Source of the DNA: an uncultured Gammaproteobacteria bacterium
GTDB lineage: Bacteria > Patescibacteriota > Microgenomatia > Levybacterales > GWA1-39-11
Direction: 5' to 3'
Assembly (NCBI GenBank): GCA_964537315.1
Contig: CAZIAP010000001.1
Location: 379,926 to 443,925, forward strand
Length of the DNA stretch: 64,000 bases
A model generated the notes under the pieces. It saw nothing but the letters and a program-made list of their open reading frames with translations, was not told where the DNA came from and did no database searches. A program made the position numbers and the translations under genes. The stretch's first letter is position 1. The number at the start of each line of letters is the position of its first letter. This document shows positions 1-8,266 of the stretch, in pieces.

Positions 1-191
1 GAGCGGTAATGGGAGTTGCTCAATCATTTGCTGCATTCGCACGAGTTCTGGGACCTATTACAGGTGGAATCATTGCTGAGCTAGTACTAAACCTCCCTTA
101 CTTCGTATCAGGGGCTGCAATATTTTTAGTGTTACTCTGGGGTCATAAAAACCTCCGCTACATGCGAGTTGATATGAAAAACGGCAAATAG
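1..191 (+). CDS. MFS transporter (TetA/DHA1-like), C-terminal part, 5'-truncated by window
   Basis: Hydrophobic helices with 'QSFAAFARVLGPITGG', typical of the last TM segments of DHA1 MFS proteins. Confidence 0.7.
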   Translation, partial: AVMGVAQSFAAFARVLGPITGGIIAELVLNLPYFVSGAAIFLVLLWGHKNLRYMRVDMKNGK

Positions 192-192
192 T

Positions 193-220
193 TTGAAATA
201 CAACTAAATTTTAGTAAAAT
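193..220 (+). promoter_or_regulatory. sigma70-type promoter of tRNA-Gln
   Basis: TTGAAA (193-198), 16 nt spacer, TAAAAT (215-220), about 20 nt before the tRNA. Confidence 0.5.
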
Positions 221-241
221 ATCAACACTCCTAACACTCAA

Positions 242-312
242 TGCCGAGTCGTCTAATGGTAGGACAACGGATTCTGGATCCGTTTATTGGGGTTCGAATC
301 CCTGCTCGGCAA
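242..312 (+). tRNA. tRNA-Gln(CTG)
   Basis: Cloverleaf: acceptor TGCCGAG/CTCGGCA, D arm GTCT-AATGGT-AGGAC, anticodon arm ACGGA-TTCTGGA-TCCGT, T loop GTTCGAATC; no encoded CCA. Confidence 0.95.
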
Positions 313-342
313 CAAGGTACAAGTCTGCAATTCGCTTTAAAA

Positions 343-705
343 CTATCGTCCGCTGCCGATTTCTTTAAGCCGTATCCCAATTATTTCCTCAACAAGTCTT
401 TCAGGTATGGGCTTATCTGGAGTAAAACGAATAACTAAATTACCTGTGTCATATGGTGCGAGTTTATCTGCAAGAAGCTTAATTGCCTGACCAAACATAA
501 CATACAATCCAAGGTGATCTTTGAACGCGCCGAGTCCTACCACCGTTTTGCCTTTGTAACGGATGGCAGGAATGTTCGTTTTTATTTCTTCATGCCATTC
601 AGGAACTCGGGCTTTGACTATTTTTCTCAGCCTTTCTAGTGCTTCGCGCTGCTCTATAGGCAAACTGGCGAAGTATTCTTCTACTGCCGGTGATGTTGTG
701 TTCAT
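343..705 (-). CDS. DUF1801/YdhG-like protein
   Basis: 'VEEYFASLP..QREALERLRKIV', 'FKDHLGLY', 'IRFTPDKPIP' pattern. Confidence 0.85.
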   Translation of the reverse strand: MNTTSPAVEEYFASLPIEQREALERLRKIVKARVPEWHEEIKTNIPAIRYKGKTVVGLGAFKDHLGLYVMFGQAIKLLADKLAPYDTGNLVIRFTPDKPIPERLVEEIIGIRLKEIGSGR

Positions 706-830
706 TGCTTGCTCAAGAATAATTCTATGACTTTTGTAATATCTTCTGGCGAAAGTTCGTGCGTCGAACTTTTCATTTTCTGTAGCGAAGCACTTGGCCT
801 GGCTTCAGCGACCAAAGTAAGGGTCTGCAC
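702..830 (-). pseudogene. 42-codon remnant resembling an alpha/beta-hydrolase C-terminus
   Basis: VQTLTLVAEARPSASLQKMKSSTHELSPEDITKVIELFLSKQ*; its stop overlaps the next ATG (ATGA), and an in-frame TGA lies just upstream. Confidence 0.3.
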
Positions 831-919
831 TCAGATTTTCCAATTCATCTCATATCTTATTTTATACAATTAAACATTAATCTGGAACAATCACTTTATA
901 TTGTTATATAATCTAAAAA

Positions 920-1261
920 ATGAAAAATTATGAATCTTATGATGAGTGGAGAAATGACCAATCATCTAGTAATCAGGTTATTATTGATGGACTCCATAGT
1001 TTAATTAAAAATGTAGCTCCACATTTTGAAACTACAGTCAAATGGGGGCAAGGAAGCTTTGTAAATGGTAATACACCCCGTATTTTTCTCCATACAGAAC
1101 CAGATTATGTCCAGTTAGGTTTCTATAACGGGTCTGCGCTTAAAGATACGCATGGGTTACTAGAAGGAAAGGGAAAATTTGTTAGACATATAAAAGTTTA
1201 CAGTGTTGAGGAAATTGATAAAGAGAAGTTTAGCGAGCTAATTAAACAAGTTACAGAATGA
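920..1261 (+). CDS. DUF1801 domain protein
   Basis: 'VKWGQ', 'VQLGFYNGSALKDTHGLLEGKGKFVRHIK'. Confidence 0.85.
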   Translation: MKNYESYDEWRNDQSSSNQVIIDGLHSLIKNVAPHFETTVKWGQGSFVNGNTPRIFLHTEPDYVQLGFYNGSALKDTHGLLEGKGKFVRHIKVYSVEEIDKEKFSELIKQVTE

Positions 1262-1569
1262 AAACTATGACTGACCATAATAATCACGACTGTACTGAAA
1301 ATAAGTGCGATATTCTAGCTCAACCAAAAGCTGTTAAAGAAAAGAAAACAGAAATTATTGACGGATATACTATTAAGTATCATGCAAATGGAAAGACACG
1401 TTGGTCAAAAGGAAAAATTAAAGATGGAAAACCAGATGGTTACTGGGAATGGTATCGTCCAGACGGAACATTAAAACGATCAGGCCACTTTGAGTTGGGG
1501 GAACCTATAGGAGAATGGATAACTTATGATCAGAGTGGAAAAGTTTATAAAGTATCCAATAGATCATAG
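1258..1569 (+). CDS. MORN-variant repeat / YwqK-like protein
   Basis: Repeated 'YHANGK..SKG.IKDGKPDGYWEWYRPDG..KRSGHF..GEPIGEW..YD.SG'. Confidence 0.8.
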   Translation: MKTMTDHNNHDCTENKCDILAQPKAVKEKKTEIIDGYTIKYHANGKTRWSKGKIKDGKPDGYWEWYRPDGTLKRSGHFELGEPIGEWITYDQSGKVYKVSNRS

Positions 1570-1665
1570 GCACACTACCCATCTACATAAAGTTAAGCTC
1601 TAAATACCGTACATTATTTTGTTTTTATGAAAGTTGTGATATTATAATTATTGTCTTAAATTGCC

Positions 1666-1739
1666 TTGGGTGATGGGGAGTAAATAGGGTGAAAGGTCTA
1701 ATTAAAAATTAGCATCCTATTACCTAGATCCATCATCAA
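1666..1739 (+). ncRNA. candidate riboswitch-like leader of terC (yybP-ykoY-like)
   Basis: GGGGAGTA motif; nested stems TGATGG/CCATCA, AATAGGGTG/CATCCTATT, CTAATT/AATTAG; TATAAT at 1643-1648; terminator follows. Confidence 0.5.
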
Positions 1740-1743
1740 TTAT

Positions 1744-1770
1744 AACCGGCCATTAATAGGTCGGTTTTTT
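1744..1770 (+). terminator. intrinsic terminator in terC leader (attenuator)
   Basis: AACCGGCC/GGTCGGTT stem followed by a T run, 20 nt upstream of the ATG. Confidence 0.65.
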
Positions 1771-1789
1771 ATTGGCTTATTAGATAATT

Positions 1790-2710
1790 ATGGATATACA
1801 ACAAAATCTTTTTATTTTTTTCTGGATTATAGTTATAGGTTTCTTAGTTGTTGACCTTGGGTATTTCAATCGAAAAGCACATGCTATTGGTACAAAATCC
1901 GCATTGATTCAATCTATCTTTTGGATTGTGATTTCGTTTTGTTTTGCCTTCTTAATATATCTTTTTATCGGCACTGAAAAAGCAACGTTGTTTATGACGG
2001 CATATGTGGTTGAAAAAATGTTGTCTGTAGACAATCTATTCGTAATAATGCTGATCTTCAGTTTTTTCAATTTAGAAGAAAAGTACCATCACCGTGTGTT
2101 GTTCTGGGGAATATTAGGTGCAATCGTTTTCAGAGCTATATTTATCGCTTTGGGTGCGTTCATCATCAGTCAATTCCACTGGGTAATGTATATTTTTGGT
2201 GCAATTTTAATTTATACAGGTATAAAGCTTTTCAAGGAAAAGAAAGAGGAGCACGTAGATTTTAATAAAAATCCTATATTTAAATTAGCAAAAAAGTACC
2301 TGCCTTTTACCACTAACCATCATAACGGAAAGTTTTTTGTTAGAGAAAAGGGAAAACTGCATGTTACTGTCCTGTTTATGATTTTACTTCTGGTTGAGAC
2401 TACCGATATCATTTTTGCGATCGACTCAATACCAGCAGCATTTTCGGTCACACAAGACTCTTTTATTGTATTTACCTCAAATATATTTGCCGTCTTAGGT
2501 CTTCGTTCTCTATTCTTTCTACTGCAGAATGTATTACATAAATTTCATCATCTGCAAAAAGGCCTTTCGTTCATCCTGATTTTTATAGGAGCTAAAATGT
2601 TTTCGATGTTGTTTGGCTTCCATCTTTCGCCATTTATCTCATTTGGCATAATTCTCTCTGCACTATTACTCTCACTTGTGTTATCTGTGATTTTTCCTAA
2701 AAAGATTTAA
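1790..2710 (+). CDS. terC: TerC/Alx family membrane protein
   Basis: 'EKMLSVDNLFV', 'HRVLFWGILGA', 'DIIFAIDSIPA', 'SNIFAVLGLRSL' signatures. Confidence 0.92.
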   Translation: MDIQQNLFIFFWIIVIGFLVVDLGYFNRKAHAIGTKSALIQSIFWIVISFCFAFLIYLFIGTEKATLFMTAYVVEKMLSVDNLFVIMLIFSFFNLEEKYHHRVLFWGILGAIVFRAIFIALGAFIISQFHWVMYIFGAILIYTGIKLFKEKKEEHVDFNKNPIFKLAKKYLPFTTNHHNGKFFVREKGKLHVTVLFMILLLVETTDIIFAIDSIPAAFSVTQDSFIVFTSNIFAVLGLRSLFFLLQNVLHKFHHLQKGLSFILIFIGAKMFSMLFGFHLSPFISFGIILSALLLSLVLSVIFPKKI

Positions 2711-2772
2711 TGAGTTAAGAATATTTTGTTAGTGAGTAAATTGTTACCGGAGTGTGTAGCTACAGTGTTAGA

Positions 2773-3429
2773 TTAAAATCCTAGCTTTTCGTCTACTAAT
2801 ATAACATGTATTTTGCGTCCAGACATTGGATTTTCTTTATGCAAGATTACAGTTTTTGTGTGTGTTGTTCCCATTCCGTAAGCTTCGTTCATTCTTTTAT
2901 CTTCAAGCTCAATTACGTGATCCTTTAAGCGACTTACAGCGTCTGAGAGATCTTTTACGATTTTTTGAGATCCTACAACAAAGATAACATTTGGTGATGT
3001 AAATACTATATGTGGAAGTTGACTACCCGAGTTAGAAGCAATAACTAACTCCCCACTTTCACTTGCAGCATGAACACTTCCTACATAGTAGTCAGAAACT
3101 ACCGATTCGCGCCTGAGAAGTTGCTGTTTCTCAGGATCTGATTCAGCTAAGATTACTTCGTGAAGATTATTCCATTTGTGATCACTATCTTTAAGGTAGT
3201 CGACAAATCCAATTTCTCGAAGAGTTTCTGACGCCCCGTTCATGACAGTTGCACCTTCTGGAATTAGTTCAATTACTTTCTTAAGAGCGTCTTCTTTTGA
3301 TGTTACATGATATGGAATAAAGTTATTTTCTTTAAATGACTCTATCGCTTTATTTATTGATTCTTTCGGCGCGAGAGCGTTATAATCTTGTGTGTTTGAA
3401 GTTTTAGTGACTGATTGAGTGTTATTCAT
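2773..3429 (-). CDS. LUD-domain (LutC/YkgG-like) protein
   Basis: 'GASETLREIG', 'GSVHAASESGELVIASNSGSQ', 'VVGSQKIVKDL'. Confidence 0.8.
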   Translation of the reverse strand: MNNTQSVTKTSNTQDYNALAPKESINKAIESFKENNFIPYHVTSKEDALKKVIELIPEGATVMNGASETLREIGFVDYLKDSDHKWNNLHEVILAESDPEKQQLLRRESVVSDYYVGSVHAASESGELVIASNSGSQLPHIVFTSPNVIFVVGSQKIVKDLSDAVSRLKDHVIELEDKRMNEAYGMGTTHTKTVILHKENPMSGRKIHVILVDEKLGF

Positions 3430-3443
3430 GTTTTTGATATAAT

Positions 3444-3496
3444 TACTATATATTCTATAGTGCTATAGAATTTATAGTACTACATATTTTGTAGTA
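3444..3496. promoter_or_regulatory. inverted repeats between divergent LUD and HxlR genes (probable HxlR operators)
   Basis: TACTATATATTCTATAG-tg-CTATAGAATTTATAGTA (17-bp arms, 1 mismatch), overlapped by TACTACA-N5-TGTAGTA. Confidence 0.6.
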
Positions 3497-3515
3497 TGTC
3501 AACCGACAACCAATT

Positions 3516-3821
3516 ATGCTATCTCAACATCTGAATAAAGCAATCAAAATGATCGGAGACGATCATGTGCTTTGTATAATCGGCAACCTACGTGACGGAG
3601 GTATGCGCTTTAACGAACTTCAAAGAGCACTTAGTATTAACCCTACTACACTTACAGATAGATTACATAAATTAGAAAGTGACGGAATTATAACTAAGAA
3701 AAAGGAAACTCTCGATAAAATGTCTGTAGTCTATGAGCTAACTGAAAAAGGTCAAGAAATTTTGCCAATAATTACTGCAATAGGCAAATTCGCAGAGAAA
3801 CACCTAAATATTACTTCTTAA
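3516..3821 (+). CDS. HxlR-family winged-helix regulator
   Basis: 'MRFNELQRAL.INPTTLTDRLHKLE.DGII', 'VYELTEKG'. Confidence 0.9.
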   Translation: MLSQHLNKAIKMIGDDHVLCIIGNLRDGGMRFNELQRALSINPTTLTDRLHKLESDGIITKKKETLDKMSVVYELTEKGQEILPIITAIGKFAEKHLNITS

Positions 3822-4197
3822 TTTCAACTACATAAGAGCTTATTTTTTTAATCTTTGCATCTTTTGCATGACTTGTAAATGTAAAGATATCGCTAAACCC
3901 CAGCACAGCGCCATTATCAAGCGTTATGGTCCCATTTGCGCCACCAACTTTACCATGAGTCATGAGATTTTCGATTGATAACTCTGTAAAAGATATCTCA
4001 AACATCTCATTCAACGACTTTTCAACTTCGTCTATTCCTGATAGCGTCTTGTCGCCAACCATTACCCATTCGATTTTTGGATCAAGTGATTGCAAAATAA
4101 CAGATCTATCTTTCTTAGCATAGGCGATTTCAAAATCCCGAATAAACTCTTTTTTCGGTGCATTTCCACAATCTACTTTTACGTTAATTTTTACCAT
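3811..4197 (-). CDS. NTF2/SnoaL-like protein
   Basis: 'DCGNAPKKEFIRDF', 'THGK.G.ANG', 'FSDIFTF'. Confidence 0.65.
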   Translation of the reverse strand: MVKINVKVDCGNAPKKEFIRDFEIAYAKKDRSVILQSLDPKIEWVMVGDKTLSGIDEVEKSLNEMFEISFTELSIENLMTHGKVGGANGTITLDNGAVLGFSDIFTFTSHAKDAKIKKISSYVVEIKK

Positions 4198-4210
4198 ACA
4201 TCAGATTCTA

Positions 4211-4735
4211 TCAAAAATTCTGATTAGTGAGCATCTTTCTAAGTAATGATACATTTCTTTGCGGATCTGGGATATTGTATAAATAGTATTGTTCCTTATC
4301 GTTTGATGTATAAAGCTCTATCGTTCCAAAATTGAAAAGTCTTCCGAAAAAACCTTGTGTAAGATCAATTTTGCTTATTTGATTAAAATAAATTTCCTGA
4401 TTTTTATGCCAAAAGAATCCTGATTTATAAATTAATTTACTAGGATAGACTTCATAACGATTACTAAGCCATTGAAAGATAATGATAAGAGTGAAAGCAA
4501 TTCTTACTAAAAAGAGAAAAGCTCCAATAATAGTATTAATTGTATAAAGATTAACAGCAGTATCAACCGAGGTAATAAAAAAACTGAGAGGGAAACGAAT
4601 CACAAGGCCAATAATCAAAAAAATAATTTCTAGTATTAAGAGATATATTGCTAAAATAACACCGCTACGTTGAAGTGTAATGTGAGAGACAAGAATTTCA
4701 TTCTGAGGTTTATACGTGTCAGGTTCTGTAATCAT
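4211..4735 (-). CDS. membrane protein with bacterial PH (bPH_2) domain
   Basis: Two TM helices, then 'QGFFGRLFNFGTIEL..IPDP'. Confidence 0.8.
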   Translation of the reverse strand: MITEPDTYKPQNEILVSHITLQRSGVILAIYLLILEIIFLIIGLVIRFPLSFFITSVDTAVNLYTINTIIGAFLFLVRIAFTLIIIFQWLSNRYEVYPSKLIYKSGFFWHKNQEIYFNQISKIDLTQGFFGRLFNFGTIELYTSNDKEQYYLYNIPDPQRNVSLLRKMLTNQNF

Positions 4736-4760
4736 ATTATTAACAACTAACTTATCTCTA

Positions 4761-4786
4761 TACGGCAGGACAGCTATCCTGCCGTA
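4761..4786 (-). terminator. GC-rich hairpin downstream of hsp20
   Basis: TACGGCAGGA-cagcta-TCCTGCCGTA; U tract is poor on the minus strand. Confidence 0.4.
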
Positions 4787-4812
4787 GATGAAAAAAGTTA
4801 TTGTACTTTTAT

Positions 4813-5268
4813 CTATTTATTTTTTCCACCGTTGCTCTTTCCACTAGCTTTAATGGAAATTTTCTTAGGTTGCGCTTGAGCAGACTTTGCAAATACGACT
4901 TTAATCACGCCGTTTGCAGAGCTAGCCTCAGGTTCCACGTTTAAATCTACATCTCCAGGAACAGCAATACGATAAGAAAAGGACTGTACTGCCCGTCGAT
5001 AATACTTTTTCTTCTTATCACCTTCTTCTTCTTTGTTTTCTCCACGAATCCACAGCAAACCTTTATCAAAAGTCATTTCTATGTCATCAGGATTTATACC
5101 TGGTACCGCGGCTTCAACATATACATTTTTATCGTCTTCTGAAATGGATACATTATTTGACATAGCATTAGACGCTTGTGGAAAAGATAACCATTCATCT
5201 TCATCGAAAAATGATGACAGACGAGGAATGTCAAATATTGATCGAGGTACTATTTCTCCTCTTGCCAT
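4813..5268 (-). CDS. Hsp20/alpha-crystallin small heat shock protein
   Basis: 'VYVEAAVPGINPDDIE', 'A...NGVIKV.F.K'; strong SD GGAGGTGA. Confidence 0.92.
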   Translation of the reverse strand: MARGEIVPRSIFDIPRLSSFFDEDEWLSFPQASNAMSNNVSISEDDKNVYVEAAVPGINPDDIEMTFDKGLLWIRGENKEEEGDKKKKYYRRAVQSFSYRIAVPGDVDLNVEPEASSANGVIKVVFAKSAQAQPKKISIKASGKSNGGKNK

Positions 5269-5322
5269 TTTACTTCACCTCCCTATTTCTATATTTCTAA
5301 GCTCTAGTAATATGTTCGTAGT

Positions 5323-5904
5323 TTAATTTTGTATCTTAAGCCTGGTAGTCCATTTACAAAGAGCTACCAGTAATTCTTGGATTTTGTCTTGTGTATCTTT
5401 GTCTATTAGTTTTCCGTCTTTTATTTTTTCATGCACACTCGAGATTATTACTTCAGGTTTATTTAACAGATGAAGATTCAAACTAACAGACACTTGTCTT
5501 AGCGCATACTGAGCTTTTACTCCTCCAAGTATCCCTGGTGATGTACTCAGAATTGCTGCAGGCTTATCATCAAAACTGTTGCTACCATACGGGCGAGACG
5601 CCCAATCCAGCGCATTTTTTAAATACCCTGGTACTGAGTAGTCATACTCGGGAGTTGCGATCAAAATTGCATCAGCCTCACTAATACTTTCTTTAAACTT
5701 TCTGACAGTATCCGGAGGATTGTTCTCCAGGTCCTGACTAAATAAAGGAAAATCACCAATTTCTTCAAAAACCGATATTTCACCTTCATCTGGACAAACA
5801 TCTAAAGCTTCATGTAAGACTGTGCTTGTTTGCAAAATCATTTCACTATATGAACCCTGCCTAAGGCTTCCACCAAAACCAAGAATTTTTACTTTGTTAT
5901 TCAT
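5323..5904 (-). CDS. NAD(P)H-dependent FMN reductase
   Basis: 'GSLRQGS', 'ATPEYDYSVPGYLKNALDWASRP'. Confidence 0.92.
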   Translation of the reverse strand: MNNKVKILGFGGSLRQGSYSEMILQTSTVLHEALDVCPDEGEISVFEEIGDFPLFSQDLENNPPDTVRKFKESISEADAILIATPEYDYSVPGYLKNALDWASRPYGSNSFDDKPAAILSTSPGILGGVKAQYALRQVSVSLNLHLLNKPEVIISSVHEKIKDGKLIDKDTQDKIQELLVALCKWTTRLKIQN

Positions 5905-6310
5905 AGTTTATTTATTACGTACTGTACGCTTGCATTCTGATCTTCTATAAACTAATTTGTCACAAAAACTGATAAGCAGGCAACTGTTCACGTAACTTTT
6001 AAAACTTTATCTATTAAATAGGTATACTCAGGTGCAATGTAGTATTGATAATACCTTACCTAAAAATTATGGATTTCTATTAATAAGTGGTATTAAGAGA
6101 TTAGTAAGAGGTGCTAAAGAAAATAAAAACATATAAATTTCGTTACAATCATGTAAACTGATTATAATAGCCTGTATAACAAGTGATCATTACATAAAAA
6201 CGAGATTTTTGATACTGGATTCATACAAATAAACATGCAATTTCTTACATTTCTAACATTTTTTTTCTTGCACGTATCATATAGTTTTGGTATATTGAGC
6301 TAAACGGAAA

Positions 6311-8266
6311 ATGAGAAAGAAGAAGTCATATCTGGTGAATAAAAAAAATACTTCACTAGTCTTTCAAACCAGTAAATACACATCCCGGCTCTCCGATCAG
6401 GCAAGAAGCGGTTTCCACGAAAGCTTCCGCACAAGCGATACATTTTTTCAACAAATAGTAGACAGTCTTGAAGAGTATGCTGTTATTACAACCGATACCG
6501 AGGGCAAGATAAGTAGCTGGAATTCAGGTGCGACTAGAATGCTCGGTTATACTGAGAAAGAGATTATCGGAAAAAACTCTTCTATAATTTTCACCCCTGC
6601 AGATAGGAAAAATGGAGAACCTGCAAAAGAACTCCACGAAGCATTAACTAAAGGCAAAGCAATAGACGAACGTTGGCACGTTAGAAAAGATAAATCACGA
6701 TTCTGGGGCAACGGGCGTGTTTTTCCACTATATGACTCTGAAAAAAAATTACGTGGATTTACAAAAATAATGAAGGACCTTACTAACCGAAAGAAACGTG
6801 AAGAAATCGAAAAACGCTTCCAGTCGATTATAGAAAACAGCTTAGACGGAGTAAGAATGATAGATAAAAATGGAAAAATAATTTACGCAAGCCCTTCCAC
6901 AAAAAGACTCCTCGGATATTCTAAAAAAGAGTACTTAGATCACAAAATACTATCACTAATTCACCCTGATGACAGGACAGGATATAAAAAAGTAATGCAA
7001 GTAGTTTTAAAGAATCCTAAAAAAAATATTCATTTTACATACCGAATTAAACATAAAAATGGTGAGTATAGGTGGATGGAAGGCGTGGGAGTAAACCTCC
7101 TATCTGATCCTGCCGTTAAAGCAATCATATCTAATTTCCGTGATATAACTGATAGAAAACTTGCTGAAGAAGAAAAAGAAAAAGTACTTAACGAATATAA
7201 AACAGTACTTGAGCAGCTTCCTGCCGGAGTAATCATCGCTGATTCAAAAACCGGAAAGTTTATATTAGTTAATAAACAAGTAAAGAAAATCTTGAGGTTA
7301 AAAAGTGTTAACGCTGATTCTTATGAAGATTATAAAAAGTATAAAAGATATTTTCCCGACGGACACGAGTACACGCCTGAGGAATGGCCTCTTACAAGGG
7401 CAATGAGAAGCGGGAAAACAATTAGTAATGAAGAAATTAAAGTTAAAAGAGGTGATGGAACTTTCGGAATTATATTAGTGAGCGGAGCACCAATTAAAAA
7501 TAAAGCCGGAAAAATAGTCGCAGGAGTATCAAGTTTCCTGGATATTACTGATAAAAAAGATCTTGAAACTCGAAAAGATGAGTTCATCTCAATGGCCTCA
7601 CACGAATTAAAAACTCCGGTAACAGGCTTAAACTTGTTTTCTGAAATACTTAATCGAGAAGTAAAAAAAGGAAATTATGAGATTACAGAACACTTAGTGC
7701 AGAAAATTAAACTACAGACTCGTAAATTAACAGAGATTGTCAACGATCTACTGGATATGGCTAGAATTGAAACAGGCAAGATGCGCTTTCGCAACGACAA
7801 ATTTGATATTTTCGAACTTTTACAAGATATAACAGATGACATGCAATATACCACCACAAAACATAAGATAATCTATTCCTCAAAGGGGTCTCTAACAATA
7901 AAAGCGGATAAGTATCGTATATATCAAGTTATCACTAATTTATTAACTAACGCTGTAAAGTATTCTCCCCCAAAATCATCAATTTATGTGAAAGCTGAAA
8001 AGAAAAGAGATTATATAAGAATTAGCGTGAAAGATGAGGGAATTGGTATAGAGAAAGACCAGCAAGAAAAAATATTTGATAAATTATACCAAGTCGGAAA
8101 TTCTAAAGAAAAAACTTTCCCAGGACTTGGTATGGGGCTTTATATCTCCAAAGAAATAGTTGTACGTCATGGGGGTAGGATGTGGGTAGAGAGTGAAGTA
8201 AATAAAGGATCGACATTTTTCTTTACTCTGCCAATCAACAATAAACCTGTCGCCAAAAAGTCCTAG
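6311..8266 (+). CDS. cytoplasmic PAS-PAS-PAS sensor histidine kinase
   Basis: Three PAS/PAC repeats, H box 'SHELKTP', N box 'NLLTNAVKY', G1 'DEGIG', G2 'GLGMGL'; no TM segment. Confidence 0.93.
   Translation: MRKKKSYLVNKKNTSLVFQTSKYTSRLSDQARSGFHESFRTSDTFFQQIVDSLEEYAVITTDTEGKISSWNSGATRMLGYTEKEIIGKNSSIIFTPADRKNGEPAKELHEALTKGKAIDERWHVRKDKSRFWGNGRVFPLYDSEKKLRGFTKIMKDLTNRKKREEIEKRFQSIIENSLDGVRMIDKNGKIIYASPSTKRLLGYSKKEYLDHKILSLIHPDDRTGYKKVMQVVLKNPKKNIHFTYRIKHKNGEYRWMEGVGVNLLSDPAVKAIISNFRDITDRKLAEEEKEKVLNEYKTVLEQLPAGVIIADSKTGKFILVNKQVKKILRLKSVNADSYEDYKKYKRYFPDGHEYTPEEWPLTRAMRSGKTISNEEIKVKRGDGTFGIILVSGAPIKNKAGKIVAGVSSFLDITDKKDLETRKDEFISMASHELKTPVTGLNLFSEILNREVKKGNYEITEHLVQKIKLQTRKLTEIVNDLLDMARIETGKMRFRNDKFDIFELLQDITDDMQYTTTKHKIIYSSKGSLTIKADKYRIYQVITNLLTNAVKYSPPKSSIYVKAEKKRDYIRISVKDEGIGIEKDQQEKIFDKLYQVGNSKEKTFPGLGMGLYISKEIVVRHGGRMWVESEVNKGSTFFFTLPINNKPVAKKS

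Noticed and set aside
241-438. 65-aa ORF in the track
   Set aside because: Overlaps tRNA-Gln and runs antisense to the DUF1801 gene; spurious.
831-848. In-frame TGA suggesting genetic code 25 or 4
   Set aside because: TGA ends many intact genes (e.g. 1261, 14597) and RF2 is present.
5269-5322. CIRCE or SOS box upstream of hsp20
   Set aside because: No TTAGCACTC-N9-GAGTGCTAA, and only a half CGAAC site.
5795-5830. Extra residues (LHEALD) in the FMN reductase as another repeat insertion
   Set aside because: No clear dyad symmetry; cannot be supported without an alignment.
313-6310. Integrated prophage or ICE at tRNA-Gln
   Set aside because: No integrase, phage genes or duplicated tRNA 3' end seen in the window.
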